The translations under genes were made by a program, and so were the position numbers. From Candidatus Micrarchaeota archaeon (GTDB lineage Archaea; Micrarchaeota; Micrarchaeia; Anstonellales; Anstonellaceae): 38,921 nucleotides of DNA. The notes under the pieces were generated by a model that worked only from the letters and a program-made list of their open reading frames with translations, was not told the origin of the DNA and ran no database searches. Shown here piece by piece: positions 28,438 through 38,041 of the stretch (its first letter is position 1; every line of letters starts with the position of its first letter). The stretch spans positions 1-38,921 of the forward strand of contig JAZDHB010000077.1 of assembly GCA_043806415.1 (NCBI GenBank), given 5' to 3'.

Positions 28438-29076
28438 CTATCTTCTCGGTTTTTTTCCATTGCCTTTATTCTGGACATTCCGGTAGAGCCAGACAATCGC
28501 CAGCACCAGCGCGACCACGGCCAGCACCCAAAGGATGCCGCTGAATATCCAGCCATAGCCGTATGCCATCGATGCGCCAAAGCCTCCCATCATTCCATAG
28601 CCTTGCACGTATCCCGCCCCGGCCGACGGGACTCCATAGGCGCCCATCATGCCGTATCGCACCGGGTAAGCTGACTGTTGCGAACCATTGCCTGCATAGT
28701 ATCATGCCGGCGCGTTCCCGTAATCCGCCGCGCTGCCATAAGCATATCGTCCCATCATGGGCATCACGCCCATCATGCCGGCATAGGTGACGGGCGTGTC
28801 CGTCCGGCCGCAGTAGAACGCCTCCGCTATCTGGATGTGCGTATTGCGCAGGCTCGCAGAGCCCTCGCCGCCCATCACGCTGTCCATGTAGGCATGCGCG
28901 GCGCCGGGGTGCATCTGCTCCATGTAATAATCCCCGATAAGCTCAAGCTGGCTGTCATTCAGGTTCGCGCAGCTGACGTTCTGGCTGACGAGCTGGCGCG
29001 CGGCCGAGAAATCGTCCATCTGCGCCAGCACCATGCCCATCAGGCCGAGCATTGCCAATATCACCTGAGCTTTCAT
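28438..29076 (-). pseudogene. Secreted or membrane-anchored Met/His/Gly-rich protein interrupted by an in-frame TGA at 28702-28704
   Basis: ORFs 28702-29076 and 28438-28662 are in the same frame. The read-through sequence NAPA*YYAGNGSQQSAYPVRYGMMG joins a signal peptide/MEQMHPG domain to a C-terminal TM anchor. Confidence 0.75.
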
Positions 29077-29103
29077 GTCATTACCTCCCTCGCGTGTTAA
29101 TTC

Positions 29104-29661
29104 CTATTTTTGCGCCACCTCATTTGACAGGCCGTCCATAAGCTCGGACGGCATCTGGATCAGGTTGATTTTCCCGACCCTGCGCACCTCGACCACGCCC
29201 CGCGAGCGCAGGCGCTCCACAACGCGATGGGCCCGCACCTTCCCCATCCCGTCCAGCATGGCGATCTCGGACTGGTAGATGCTGCCTTTCCTCTCCAAGA
29301 CGAGCCGGACCACCGCCCGCTCGTCGTCGTTGAGGAACTTGAGCAGGAGATTGGCGTTCCATCTCACCTCGGCCCCCTTCTTCTCCAGCATCCCGCTCAG
29401 CAGGTAGAACGCGCCGGCCCCCACCGCCAGCCCCAGCGCGGCGATGGTCACCATGAATTCGACGTGATAGCTGACGAGCGGTCCGAACACGGGGGACGTC
29501 TGCATATGCTCGGCGCTCAAATGATATGTGAAGATGAGCGTGAGCACCAGAAAGACGAATCCGGACATCATGAAAATGAGCAGCAGGGCCTCTTTGCGGT
29601 TCTTGCCCGGCAAGACATCCAGCATCCGTTCAGCCAGCGACTTTTTTTCGTTGCTTGCCAT
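29104..29661 (-). CDS. Membrane-anchored winged-HTH transcriptional regulator
   Basis: Two TM helices, then FLNDDERAVV...YQSEI...KVRAHRVVERL..RGVV....GKIN. Confidence 0.82.
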   Translation of the reverse strand: MASNEKKSLAERMLDVLPGKNRKEALLLIFMMSGFVFLVLTLIFTYHLSAEHMQTSPVFGPLVSYHVEFMVTIAALGLAVGAGAFYLLSGMLEKKGAEVRWNANLLLKFLNDDERAVVRLVLERKGSIYQSEIAMLDGMGKVRAHRVVERLRSRGVVEVRRVGKINLIQMPSELMDGLSNEVAQK

Positions 29662-29681
29662 GGTTTCACTCACTCATAAGT

Positions 29682-29705
29682 ATGGTTTCATTCATATGTA
29701 ACCAT
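29682..29705. promoter_or_regulatory. Candidate operator (ATGGTTTCA-N6-TGTAACCAT)
   Basis: Imperfect inverted repeat upstream of the wHTH gene. The same GTTTCA-N6-TGAAAC pattern occurs upstream of its paralog. Confidence 0.55.
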
Positions 29706-29821
29706 AGGATGCATGGATTTAATCCGATATGAGGATTTATAATCCTGCCCAATTCGCAGGAAAGAGCATGAAAAACAAAACAAGCTGACACAAGAGTTCG
29801 AAGATAAAATCAGATTCGCCG

Positions 29822-29985
29822 AAGAGCACCCGGCACTAAAGTGCCGGGTTTGAAGCTCATTTTAGCGAATACTCGACACAAACAAGGCTCGACGCATCGA
29901 GCCTTGTTGCACCATCGGCTCGCGGCCGATGGTTGAGCCGGTCGACATTCACTCCGTGTCCTGAAGGGCACGGTTTCTCTGCCGG
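29822..29985. mobile_element. Non-autonomous IS200/IS605-like miniature element
   Basis: Terminal hairpins acccggcac-taaa-gtgccgggt (29828-49) and ccgtgtcc-tgaa-gggcacgg-tttc (29954-77) resemble IS200/IS605 ends. Internal hairpins at 29881-908 and 29911-33. No transposase ORF. Confidence 0.65.
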
Positions 29986-30087
29986 CTTGTCGATGATGGA
30001 CAGACAGTTCGAAGATAAACCGAGGGAAGGCAAGACGAAGATAAAATGAGAGACCGACAAGAACATTGGGTGGTTTGAGTGAGCGAT

Positions 30088-30981
30088 ATGTCTGAGAGCG
30101 AGAAAGTCCATATCTCCGAAGGCGAGTTCCGTTCTTCCAGCCACGAAAGCGAAGGCCATCATTCCGGGTATCATGCCGGCGGCCATTCGCCCACCGGCGA
30201 TCAAGGCATTCATCATGCCGGCGCCCATCCCTCCAGCGCCGATTCCGTCCTTTACCTGCTGGCCACCGTGATTCTTATCTCATCCGTGATCATCTCCGCT
30301 TCCGTTTTCTTCTCGGTATCCTCTTTCTCCGCCACGATGGGCGCGTGGTCCGCCTCTGCCGGCGCGCAGGCCCCTTCCAACGCCATCGCGCCGTCCCCCT
30401 CACCGACCGCGGCTCCGACTCAGGCTCCAGCTGCCGCTCCTCGGCCTTCCGCCCCCGCGAAAATCGACTTGAGCGGCCTCCCCTTCCAGGGGCCTGCGGA
30501 CGCCAAAGTCGCCGTGGTCGAATACGCCGACTTCCAGTGCCCCTTCTGCGCGCGGGCGTATCCCACCGTCAAGCAGGTGATGGGCGACTACAACGGCAAG
30601 GTCAGGTTCTATTTCAAGAATTTCCCGCTCTCCTTCCACCAGAATGCCCAGAAGGCGGCCGAAGCGTACGAGTGCGCGCTCGAGCAGGGCAAGCCTTGGG
30701 AATACCACGACGCACTCTTCACCAACGGGCAGGGGGACGGCACCGGATTGGACACGGCCAGCCTCAAGCAGTATGCGGCCCAGCTCGGGCTGGACACCGC
30801 GAAATTCGACGCGTGCCTGGATGGCGGCCAGATGGCCTCCCGAGTGGCCGCCGAACAGGCCGAAGGCTCCCGGAACGGCGTGAGCGGCACGCCGACCTTC
30901 TTCGTCAACGGCCAGATCCTGGTGGGGGCGCAGCCCTACAGCGCGTTCAAGTCGCTCATCGATTCGCAACTGGCCGGTTGA
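30088..30981 (+). CDS. DsbA-family thioredoxin-fold protein, membrane-anchored, with His-rich N-terminus
   Basis: Motifs EYADFQCPFC, NFPLSFH, GVSGTPTFFVNG and GAQPY. Confidence 0.92.
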   Translation: MSESEKVHISEGEFRSSSHESEGHHSGYHAGGHSPTGDQGIHHAGAHPSSADSVLYLLATVILISSVIISASVFFSVSSFSATMGAWSASAGAQAPSNAIAPSPSPTAAPTQAPAAAPRPSAPAKIDLSGLPFQGPADAKVAVVEYADFQCPFCARAYPTVKQVMGDYNGKVRFYFKNFPLSFHQNAQKAAEAYECALEQGKPWEYHDALFTNGQGDGTGLDTASLKQYAAQLGLDTAKFDACLDGGQMASRVAAEQAEGSRNGVSGTPTFFVNGQILVGAQPYSAFKSLIDSQLAG

Positions 30982-31034
30982 GAGCCGGTCGGGCGTTTAT
31001 GTCATAACCTAAATTCAAACTCCGGGGTGTTCAT

Positions 31035-31820
31035 ATGGTTGAAATGAAGCATGTATTCATCGCAGTCTGCGTGCTGGCGCTGGCGTTCGTGGCTTTCATG
31101 GCCACTTCCGCATCGGCCGCATCCGCAGCCGCATACGGGCGCGGCCCGGCCGGAGGCGGATTGGCAGGCGGCAACGGCGCGCCGTGCGGGCCGCAGGGCT
31201 GCGTCGGCATGGCCTTGGGTGATCCCAGCCTCAAGGATTTCGTCATCAAGGCCACGAAGTTCGCCTTCAGCCCGTCCACCATCGCGGTGAACAAGGGCGA
31301 CCGCGTGCGCCTCACGCTGCAGAACGTGGACGGCGCGCACGGCCTGTCAATTTCCGAATACGGAGTGAACCTCCAGCCCGGCTCGGGCCAGAGCCAGACG
31401 GCCGAGTTCGTGGCCGACAAGGCCGGCACCTTCAATTTCGCCTGCACGGTCTATTGCGGCAGCGGGCACCTCGACATGTCCGGCAAGCTGGTGGTGGACG
31501 ATGCGGCAGGCTCGCAGGCGCAGGCCCCCGCCCCGGCGCCAGCTCCTGCCCCGGTTGTACAGGAAATCCGCCTGCACGCCGGCGCCTACGGGTATGACAA
31601 CCCCGTGCTGTACGTGAAAGCGGGCCAGCCGGTCAAGTTCGATTTCTCGGCCGACGCGTCGGCCGGGTGCGGGCGGCAGGTCATCATCGATGGAGTGGGG
31701 GTGAACCTGATCTCGCGCAACGGGGAGACCGTCTCGGCCACCTTCACGGCGCCCAAACCGGGTCAATACGCCTACCACTGCGGCATGAACATGTTCCGCG
31801 GCGTGCTCACGGCCAGCTAA
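31035..31820 (+). CDS. Secreted double cupredoxin-domain protein
   Basis: Signal peptide. Domain 1 has HGL...CTVYCGSGHLDM (CuA-like). Domain 2 has GC...YHCGMNMFRG. Confidence 0.85.
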   Translation: MVEMKHVFIAVCVLALAFVAFMATSASAASAAAYGRGPAGGGLAGGNGAPCGPQGCVGMALGDPSLKDFVIKATKFAFSPSTIAVNKGDRVRLTLQNVDGAHGLSISEYGVNLQPGSGQSQTAEFVADKAGTFNFACTVYCGSGHLDMSGKLVVDDAAGSQAQAPAPAPAPAPVVQEIRLHAGAYGYDNPVLYVKAGQPVKFDFSADASAGCGRQVIIDGVGVNLISRNGETVSATFTAPKPGQYAYHCGMNMFRGVLTAS

Positions 31821-31826
31821 GGGGAA

Positions 31827-32351
31827 ATGATGATGAAGATCTGGGCGACCGGACTGGAGACCGTGTTCTCCAAGGGCAAGTACGCCTGGCTAGCCTTGGC
31901 CCTCTTTTTCGTTTTTCTTTCCATTTACGCCGTGCTCAATGACGTGGTGGTCCTCAATCCGTTCTATGCCGGCCTCCCGGCGCCCGACGGGCACGCCTTG
32001 CCCCCCGTCTCTCTCAATTCGAGCCTGTCCTGGTGGGATGCGGTGCCGACCGTGCTGCTGGCGGGCCTTGCCGCGCTGGGCTTCTCCATCGCAGCATTCC
32101 AGATGGCCGAACTCTCCCGGATCGCGCCCGCCTCGAAGCTCGGGGCGGCCGGAGGCTTCATGGGCGCGTTCGCCAGCGCCTGTCCCATCTGCCAGCCCGT
32201 CTGGCTGCTTTGGCTGGGTTTCGGAAGCGTGTCTGCCTTTTTGGTGGACTGGAGCATCTACATCTTCGCGGCCAGTCTCCTGCTGCTGGCCTTCTCGATC
32301 CACAAGAGCCTGCAGGCCGTGGCCAGCGGGTGCCCGGTGCGGAAGATGTGA
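31827..32351 (+). CDS. Membrane protein with intramembrane CPIC motif
   Basis: Four TM helices, ASACPICQP, and C-terminal GCP. Confidence 0.7.
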   Translation: MMMKIWATGLETVFSKGKYAWLALALFFVFLSIYAVLNDVVVLNPFYAGLPAPDGHALPPVSLNSSLSWWDAVPTVLLAGLAALGFSIAAFQMAELSRIAPASKLGAAGGFMGAFASACPICQPVWLLWLGFGSVSAFLVDWSIYIFAASLLLLAFSIHKSLQAVASGCPVRKM

Positions 32352-32377
32352 ATGCGCGCTCTTCCAGCTCCTATTAC

Positions 32378-33028
32378 TTACTTGCGCATGATATCCTCGA
32401 GCAGGGCCGCGAAATATGCTCCCATCGCGGCTCCGGCGATGGCCCCGGTAAGCATGCGCATGAAATTGGTGCTTTCCCAGAAGCCGAGCATCTGGGAGGT
32501 GCCGTCGATGCCCATCGGCACCAGCGCCAGGACAAGCCATACTGGCGAGGGGATGCCCCGCCGCCGCCCGCCCCGGACAACCGGGTATACGAGCATCGCG
32601 GCCAGCATCGGAATGTAGATCGAATAGTCCCTCGTGTCGTTGGCGAACTTGTATCCCACCAAGCCGTTGCGCTCGACCTTCTCGGCCTTGTTGCGCCCGA
32701 TCTGGTTTTGGGCGTAATGGGTGAATATGCCGTTGTAGGCCGGATTCCCGTTCAGCGTGTATATGGTGGAAATGTTCGCCTCCGTCTCCCGGCCCTGCAC
32801 GATGCAGTCTTGTATCGAAAATACGCCGGCCGGGCTCCGGAAGACGCATTGGGAGCGGTAAATCCACTGGTGGTCGTAGGAGTGGAGGTTGTAGAGCATG
32901 CCGCCCAGGTCCCCGAATCCCGCGAATATCAGGAACGGCGGCGCCATGATGGTGAGGATGAAAAGGGCCAATAGCACCACGGCGGCCTGGTAAACCCGGC
33001 CGCTCTCCATCCAGCCTCGAATATCCAT
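32378..33028 (-). CDS. DUF2085-like membrane protein
   Basis: Motifs HQ...RS, RD..IY and LVPMGIDGTSQMLGFWESTNFMRMLTG. Confidence 0.75.
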   Translation of the reverse strand: MDIRGWMESGRVYQAAVVLLALFILTIMAPPFLIFAGFGDLGGMLYNLHSYDHQWIYRSQCVFRSPAGVFSIQDCIVQGRETEANISTIYTLNGNPAYNGIFTHYAQNQIGRNKAEKVERNGLVGYKFANDTRDYSIYIPMLAAMLVYPVVRGGRRRGIPSPVWLVLALVPMGIDGTSQMLGFWESTNFMRMLTGAIAGAAMGAYFAALLEDIMRK

Positions 33029-33049
33029 CCTCTCCCCTCCAAAACCGGT

Positions 33050-33886
33050 CTACTGCAGTTCTTTCTCCCCGAGCGGGCTGAAGATCATCGCGTCCAGCGG
33101 CGTGCCGGTCTTATCGAGCACGCCGGCGACGAACACGTTCCGGCCGAAGAATCCCTTGATGGTGTCCCCGGTCGTGGCGAACATTTTCCCATCCCGCATC
33201 GCCTTCGCCTCGTCCGCGCCCAGAACGAGCGGGTAATACTTCCCGCCGCCCAGCTCATGGACGACATAATCCACCGGCTTGCCTTGGGCGAACGCCAGCC
33301 TCGTCGATCCGAGCTCGCTTGGATCGAGCCGGTAAAACAGCACCGGCGTATCGGAATCCGACAATTCGACGAATGGACGCTCGTCATCGCCTTTGATGCG
33401 CTCATAGGTTCCGGCATCCACGAAATGCGCCATGTCCAGGAAGCTGCCGGTCTTCTCCAACACCCCACCCACGGCCAGTTCCATTCCCGGCGCGAGGGGC
33501 GCCCGGTCCCCGATATTCGAGAACTCCTTCTCCTTGCGCATCGCCGCCGCCTCGTCCGCACCGAGGACCATCGAGTCCGCCTCGGGCAGGGGGTTGCCTT
33601 CGCTCGCCCTGAATCTGGCCATCGCGTTGTTGCGCGCGTTCGCGACCAGTTCGCCGTCGCCTTCCGGGGTCCAGACCATCTTGAGCCGAAGGCCGTCGAA
33701 CAGGCCGGATCGGCCTGCCGGGAGGGCGTTGCTCATGGCTCCCACACCGATTGCCAGAACCCGCCCTCCCGTCGCGTCGGCCAACCCGAACCGCCAGGCG
33801 TAGGCTGCGCTTCCCAGGACCATGATCGTCAAAGCGAGCATCACTCCCAGCCTGTTATTGCTGATATATTGCGAAAATCCCATCAT
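33050..33886 (-). CDS. Membrane-anchored protein with an internally duplicated MacB-periplasmic-like module
   Basis: VLGADEAxAMR...GD...VxGVLxKTGxxLD occurs twice. Start placed at ATG 33886 after GAGGTG. Confidence 0.7.
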   Translation of the reverse strand: MMGFSQYISNNRLGVMLALTIMVLGSAAYAWRFGLADATGGRVLAIGVGAMSNALPAGRSGLFDGLRLKMVWTPEGDGELVANARNNAMARFRASEGNPLPEADSMVLGADEAAAMRKEKEFSNIGDRAPLAPGMELAVGGVLEKTGSFLDMAHFVDAGTYERIKGDDERPFVELSDSDTPVLFYRLDPSELGSTRLAFAQGKPVDYVVHELGGGKYYPLVLGADEAKAMRDGKMFATTGDTIKGFFGRNVFVAGVLDKTGTPLDAMIFSPLGEKELQ

Positions 33887-34000
33887 CCACACCTCGTCAT
33901 TGGGGATCCGCGCACCGCAATCCGGGCAAGCCAATCTTTTTGCGCCGGCATTGCCCGCTTCGATCGCGGGATCCGTTCTTCTTCCTTCTCATCGTTGCGA

Positions 34001-36238
34001 TCACAGCCTCGTCCATCTCAATGTCAGCGAGTTGCTCACCACCGACACCGACGAGAGGGCCATCGCCCCGCCCGCGATGAGCGGCGAGAGCAGCCAGCCC
34101 GTGAAGGGGAACAGCACGCCGGCGGCGATGGGAATGCCAAGAATGTTATAGATGAGGGCCCAGAAGAAATTCTGCTTGATTTTCGAGATGGTGGCCCTCC
34201 CCAGCTTGATGGCCCGCGCCACGTCCTGCGCGTCCGAGCGCATGAGCACCACGTCCCCGCTCTCGATGGCGATGTCGCTTCCCGAGCCCATGGCGATGCC
34301 CAGATCGGCCTGCGCCAGCGCGGGCGCGTCGTTGATGCCGTCCCCCACCATGGCCACTTTGGAGCCGCCGGCCTGCAATTTCTTCACTTCCTCGGCCTTG
34401 TCCTGGGGCAGCACCTCGGCGATGACGTTCTCGATGCCGGCCTGCCGCCCGATGGCTTTCGCGGCGCGCGCGTTGTCGCCGGTGATCATCCACACCGTCA
34501 ATCCCAGCTTCTTGAGCTCGGCCACGGCCTGTATCGACGTGGGGCGCAGGGTGTCGGCCACGGCCACGAGCCCGATGGCCTTCTGACCTTCCATCAGGGC
34601 CATCACCGTCTTGCCCTCGTGCTCGAGCTTCTCCATGCGCGCAGCGGAGTCCGCATCCAGGCCGGCCCCCATCGTCTTGACCATCTTGGCATTGCCCAGG
34701 CCCATCCGTTTCGCGCCGATCTTGCCTTCTACGCCGTGGCCCGGCACGGCCTTGAACGAAACCACCTTCTTCAGCTCGATGCCTCTCGCCTTCGCCTCCT
34801 CCAGCACCGCATCCGCGATCGGATGCTCGGAATTCTTCTCGAGCGAGGCGGCGAGCATCAGCACCATCGTCTCGTCGCGCTTCGCGTCCAGGGAAACGAC
34901 GTCCGTCACCTTGGGTTTTCCTTCCGTGAGCGTGCCGGTCTTGTCGAAAAGCACGGCATTTATCTTGTGTGTGCCCTCCAGCGCCTCGGCATTCTTGAAC
35001 AGGATCCCCTTCTGCGCCCCCAGCCCGGAGCCCACCATGATCGAGGTGGGCGTCGCGAGGCCCAGCGCGCAGGGGCAGGCGATCACCAGCACCGAGACGG
35101 CCATGATGAGGGCGAACGAGAACGGGTCGGCCGGGATCGGCATGGACGGGAACCATGCTTTCGCCAGCCCGGAGCTGAGCGCGAAATACCAGACGCCGAA
35201 GGCGAGGAGCGCGACGACGATCACGATCGGCACGAACACCGCGCTGATCTCGTCCGCGAAGCGCTGGATGGGCGCGCGGCTGCCCTGCGCGTCCTCCACC
35301 ATCTTCACGATCTGCGAGAGTGCGGTGTCCGAACCAACCTTCTCGGCCCGCACGTTCAGCACCCCGTGCTTGTTGATGGTGGCCCCGAACGCCCGGCTGC
35401 CCTCTATCTTCTCCACCGGCATGCTCTCTCCCGTGAGCATGGCCTCGTCCACTGAGGAATGCCCGCCCACCACCGTGCCATCAGTCGGGATCTTCTCGCC
35501 CGGCTTGACGATCATGACATCTCCGACCACGATCTGCGCGGCGTCGATGGTCATCTCCTTTCCGTTTCGGATGACCGTGGCCTGCTTGGGGGCCAAATCC
35601 AGCAGCTTGCGGATGGCTTCCGAGGCTTTCCCCTTGGCCATGGCTTCCAGGTACTTGCCCAATATCACCAGCGTGATGAGGCTCGCGCCCACCTCGAAAT
35701 ACTGCTCCCGGGCGAAGCCGAGCAGCGCGGCGATGCTGTACAGATAGGCCGCGCTGGTGCCCAGGGCAATCAGCGTATCCATCGAAGCCGTCTTGTTTCG
35801 CGCGGCCGCGATGGCTCCCTGATAGAACGACCAGCCCACGATGAACTGAACGGGCGTGCTCAAAAGGAAGAGGAGCGGCAGGCGGTAAGGGAAGTCCATC
35901 AGGAACATGCCCAGCGCGACCGCGGGCACGGAAAGGACGGCGCCGGCCAGCAGTCTCATCTTCAGTTCCGAGATCTCGGCCGCCCGCAATTCCTTCTCGT
36001 GCTCGTGCGACACGCCCACGCTGGCGCCGTATCCGAGCGATTTGACCTTTTGCACGAGCGAGCTTTGCATCCCCTGCTCGTCGGCAATCTCTTTTTCGTC
36101 GTATTCCACCTGTGCCCTCCCGGCCGCGTAATTCACGTTAGCCTTCGCTACGCCGCTCACCTTGCCCAAGCCTCTGGTGATGAGCGTGGCGCACGAGGCG
36201 CAGTGCATCCCGGAAATGGTCAAATCAACCTTCTTCAT
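34001..36238 (-). CDS. copA: Copper-translocating P1B-1 ATPase
   Basis: HMA GMHCASC, plus [39 protein letters not shown] and MALSS. Start is 36238 or 36253. Confidence 0.95.
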   Translation of the reverse strand: MKKVDLTISGMHCASCATLITRGLGKVSGVAKANVNYAAGRAQVEYDEKEIADEQGMQSSLVQKVKSLGYGASVGVSHEHEKELRAAEISELKMRLLAGAVLSVPAVALGMFLMDFPYRLPLLFLLSTPVQFIVGWSFYQGAIAAARNKTASMDTLIALGTSAAYLYSIAALLGFAREQYFEVGASLITLVILGKYLEAMAKGKASEAIRKLLDLAPKQATVIRNGKEMTIDAAQIVVGDVMIVKPGEKIPTDGTVVGGHSSVDEAMLTGESMPVEKIEGSRAFGATINKHGVLNVRAEKVGSDTALSQIVKMVEDAQGSRAPIQRFADEISAVFVPIVIVVALLAFGVWYFALSSGLAKAWFPSMPIPADPFSFALIMAVSVLVIACPCALGLATPTSIMVGSGLGAQKGILFKNAEALEGTHKINAVLFDKTGTLTEGKPKVTDVVSLDAKRDETMVLMLAASLEKNSEHPIADAVLEEAKARGIELKKVVSFKAVPGHGVEGKIGAKRMGLGNAKMVKTMGAGLDADSAARMEKLEHEGKTVMALMEGQKAIGLVAVADTLRPTSIQAVAELKKLGLTVWMITGDNARAAKAIGRQAGIENVIAEVLPQDKAEEVKKLQAGGSKVAMVGDGINDAPALAQADLGIAMGSGSDIAIESGDVVLMRSDAQDVARAIKLGRATISKIKQNFFWALIYNILGIPIAAGVLFPFTGWLLSPLIAGGAMALSSVSVVSNSLTLRWTRL

Positions 36239-36383
36239 TCTCCCACCTGCCATTTTTCATATTTGTAATCGATGAACGCAATGAATCTCAAATCCATGAT
36301 CCCCGAACGCGAACCCATTTTCGCTCAAGATGAACGGGAGGAGGCGTTTTCCATCCGCCCCCTCCCCATCTTCCACACCGCTC

Positions 36384-36995
36384 TTATCCCATCATCCCGC
36401 ATCCGCATCCCGCGCCCATCCCGCACGAGCCGCCGGCGGGCTTGGCCGCGCCCGGGACCGGAGCCACGACCTTGCCGTCGCTGGTCTGGACGATGAACTG
36501 CCCGTTGCCCATGCCCATCGGGCAGGACATCTGGTAGGTTCCCGGTTTGTCCGCCGTGAATTCCATCACATTATTGCCGGCCGACACCGGGAAGCGCTCC
36601 TGAATGCCCCAGATGTTGAACGTGCTCATGCAGCCCCTGAAGGTGGCCGCGTCCATGACCAGCTTCACCTTGTCCCCCTGTTTGACCGTGATCACGCGCG
36701 GTTCGTAAACGCCGTTCACCACCTTGATGGGGATGGTCACCGCTTGTCCGCTCCCTCCCGTTCCAGCGGCGCTGCCGGTCGGCGAGCCCGTTGTTCCGGT
36801 TCCCGCGTTCGTGGTTGGCGTTTGCGCTCCGGCGGCCGCGTCGGGCGCATTTGCCGTGCCCGCATAATTCGGCGTGGCCAGTCCGGCGTTCTTGCCGCTG
36901 GCATAAAGCCCCGGAGCCATCGCCGTGAATCCGACCCATGCGACCATCATGATCAATACCACGATCGCCGTGAATTCATGCAGTTTCATTGCCAT
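36384..36995 (-). CDS. Cupredoxin-domain protein with Cys/Gly-rich tail
   Basis: N-terminal TM helix, YEPRVITVKQG, GC, SCPMGM and C-terminal GSCGMGAGCGCG. Confidence 0.8.
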   Translation of the reverse strand: MAMKLHEFTAIVVLIMMVAWVGFTAMAPGLYASGKNAGLATPNYAGTANAPDAAAGAQTPTTNAGTGTTGSPTGSAAGTGGSGQAVTIPIKVVNGVYEPRVITVKQGDKVKLVMDAATFRGCMSTFNIWGIQERFPVSAGNNVMEFTADKPGTYQMSCPMGMGNGQFIVQTSDGKVVAPVPGAAKPAGGSCGMGAGCGCGMMG

Positions 36996-37034
36996 GTCTT
37001 CACCCTCCAATCACCATATGTCCTTGCCATATTC

Positions 37035-38015
37035 TCATCCTCCGAATACCGGACCGGAAACCGGCCCGTAAATCATCAAGACCGCCAATATGACGAAGAA
37101 AATCAAACACGTGCTGGCCATGGAGCTCATGTCCTCCACTTCCATCTTCTCCCCCAGCCTTCCCAGCTCCTTGATCTGCATGTAGGCCAGCGCGGCCAGG
37201 ATAAGCACGCAGAAGAATGTCAGCAGCCAAAGGAACGGGATCAGCGGCGAACCCAGTAGCATCACGGAAAGCATCGCCCCCATGGTGCCGGACATCACGC
37301 CGGCCATGAGGCCTTCCATGATGCCCATCACGCCGCTCAACCGCCCCGCCCACACGCCGGCGATGCAGCCGATGATCATGCCCAGGACGGTACCCCAGAA
37401 CATGCCGTTGGTGGCCCCCAACAGCGCGCCCACGAGGAATCCGGTCATCATGCCGAACGTCATGCCCTCCATCATCCCCAGCGAGCAGGAGATGGGCTTG
37501 TGATAAGACGCGAAATGATAGCCCGCCGCCACGATGGAAACGACCGACACGGCCGCAATCGCCAGCAGGGACATGCGGGCCTGCCAGAATCCCGGCACGC
37601 TTTGCCACACCCCCAAGTACAGGAAGGCCAGCAGCACCAGCATGGCGGCCAGCGAGCCGGCCGAGCTGATCAGCAGCTTCCTTTCCGCCTTCCATTCCGC
37701 TTTTTCATCGAGGATGCCATAGATGACTTCCTTGACGCTGACGATTTCGCCGATGATCTCCGTGCCTTTCTCCTCCCCTCCCATCTTTCCCATGCCGCCC
37801 TCGCTGCGGCAGCAGTCCCCGACTTTGTAGCCGGCATCCGCAATCGCCTTCTTGACGTCTTCGAGCCGGTCTTCCCTGGCCTTGAAGACGAGCCGTCCCT
37901 CTCCGGCGCTGATGTGTTCGACTTGCACTCCGTCGATTCTGGAGACGGCCTTGGAAATGGCGTGCTCGCACGAGACGCAGGTCATGCCGATGATTTTCGC
38001 TTCGTAGTGTTCCAT
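37035..38015 (-). CDS. HMA domain fused to a Met/Gly-rich multi-TM domain
   Basis: GMTCVSC, with TM segments CSLGMMEGMTFGMMTG and GIMEGLMAGVMSGTMGAM. Confidence 0.8.
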   Translation of the reverse strand: MEHYEAKIIGMTCVSCEHAISKAVSRIDGVQVEHISAGEGRLVFKAREDRLEDVKKAIADAGYKVGDCCRSEGGMGKMGGEEKGTEIIGEIVSVKEVIYGILDEKAEWKAERKLLISSAGSLAAMLVLLAFLYLGVWQSVPGFWQARMSLLAIAAVSVVSIVAAGYHFASYHKPISCSLGMMEGMTFGMMTGFLVGALLGATNGMFWGTVLGMIIGCIAGVWAGRLSGVMGIMEGLMAGVMSGTMGAMLSVMLLGSPLIPFLWLLTFFCVLILAALAYMQIKELGRLGEKMEVEDMSSMASTCLIFFVILAVLMIYGPVSGPVFGG

Positions 38016-38041
38016 ATAATCACGATCCGCTCGCTCCCTTC

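Noticed and set aside
28702-28704. Selenocysteine or genetic-code reassignment at the in-frame TGA
   Set aside because: The context is a low-complexity linker rather than a Cys-type site, and TGA terminates many genes in this window.
33887-33995. CPDCG zinc-ribbon-like N-terminal extension or small ORF
   Set aside because: No convincing start, and a good ribosome-binding site precedes ATG 33886. It may be a remnant but cannot be supported.
33257-35455. 732-aa plus-strand ORF and other long antisense ORFs (e.g. 3747-4931, 14994-16244)
   Set aside because: These are shadow ORFs opposite well-supported genes, expected in GC-rich DNA.
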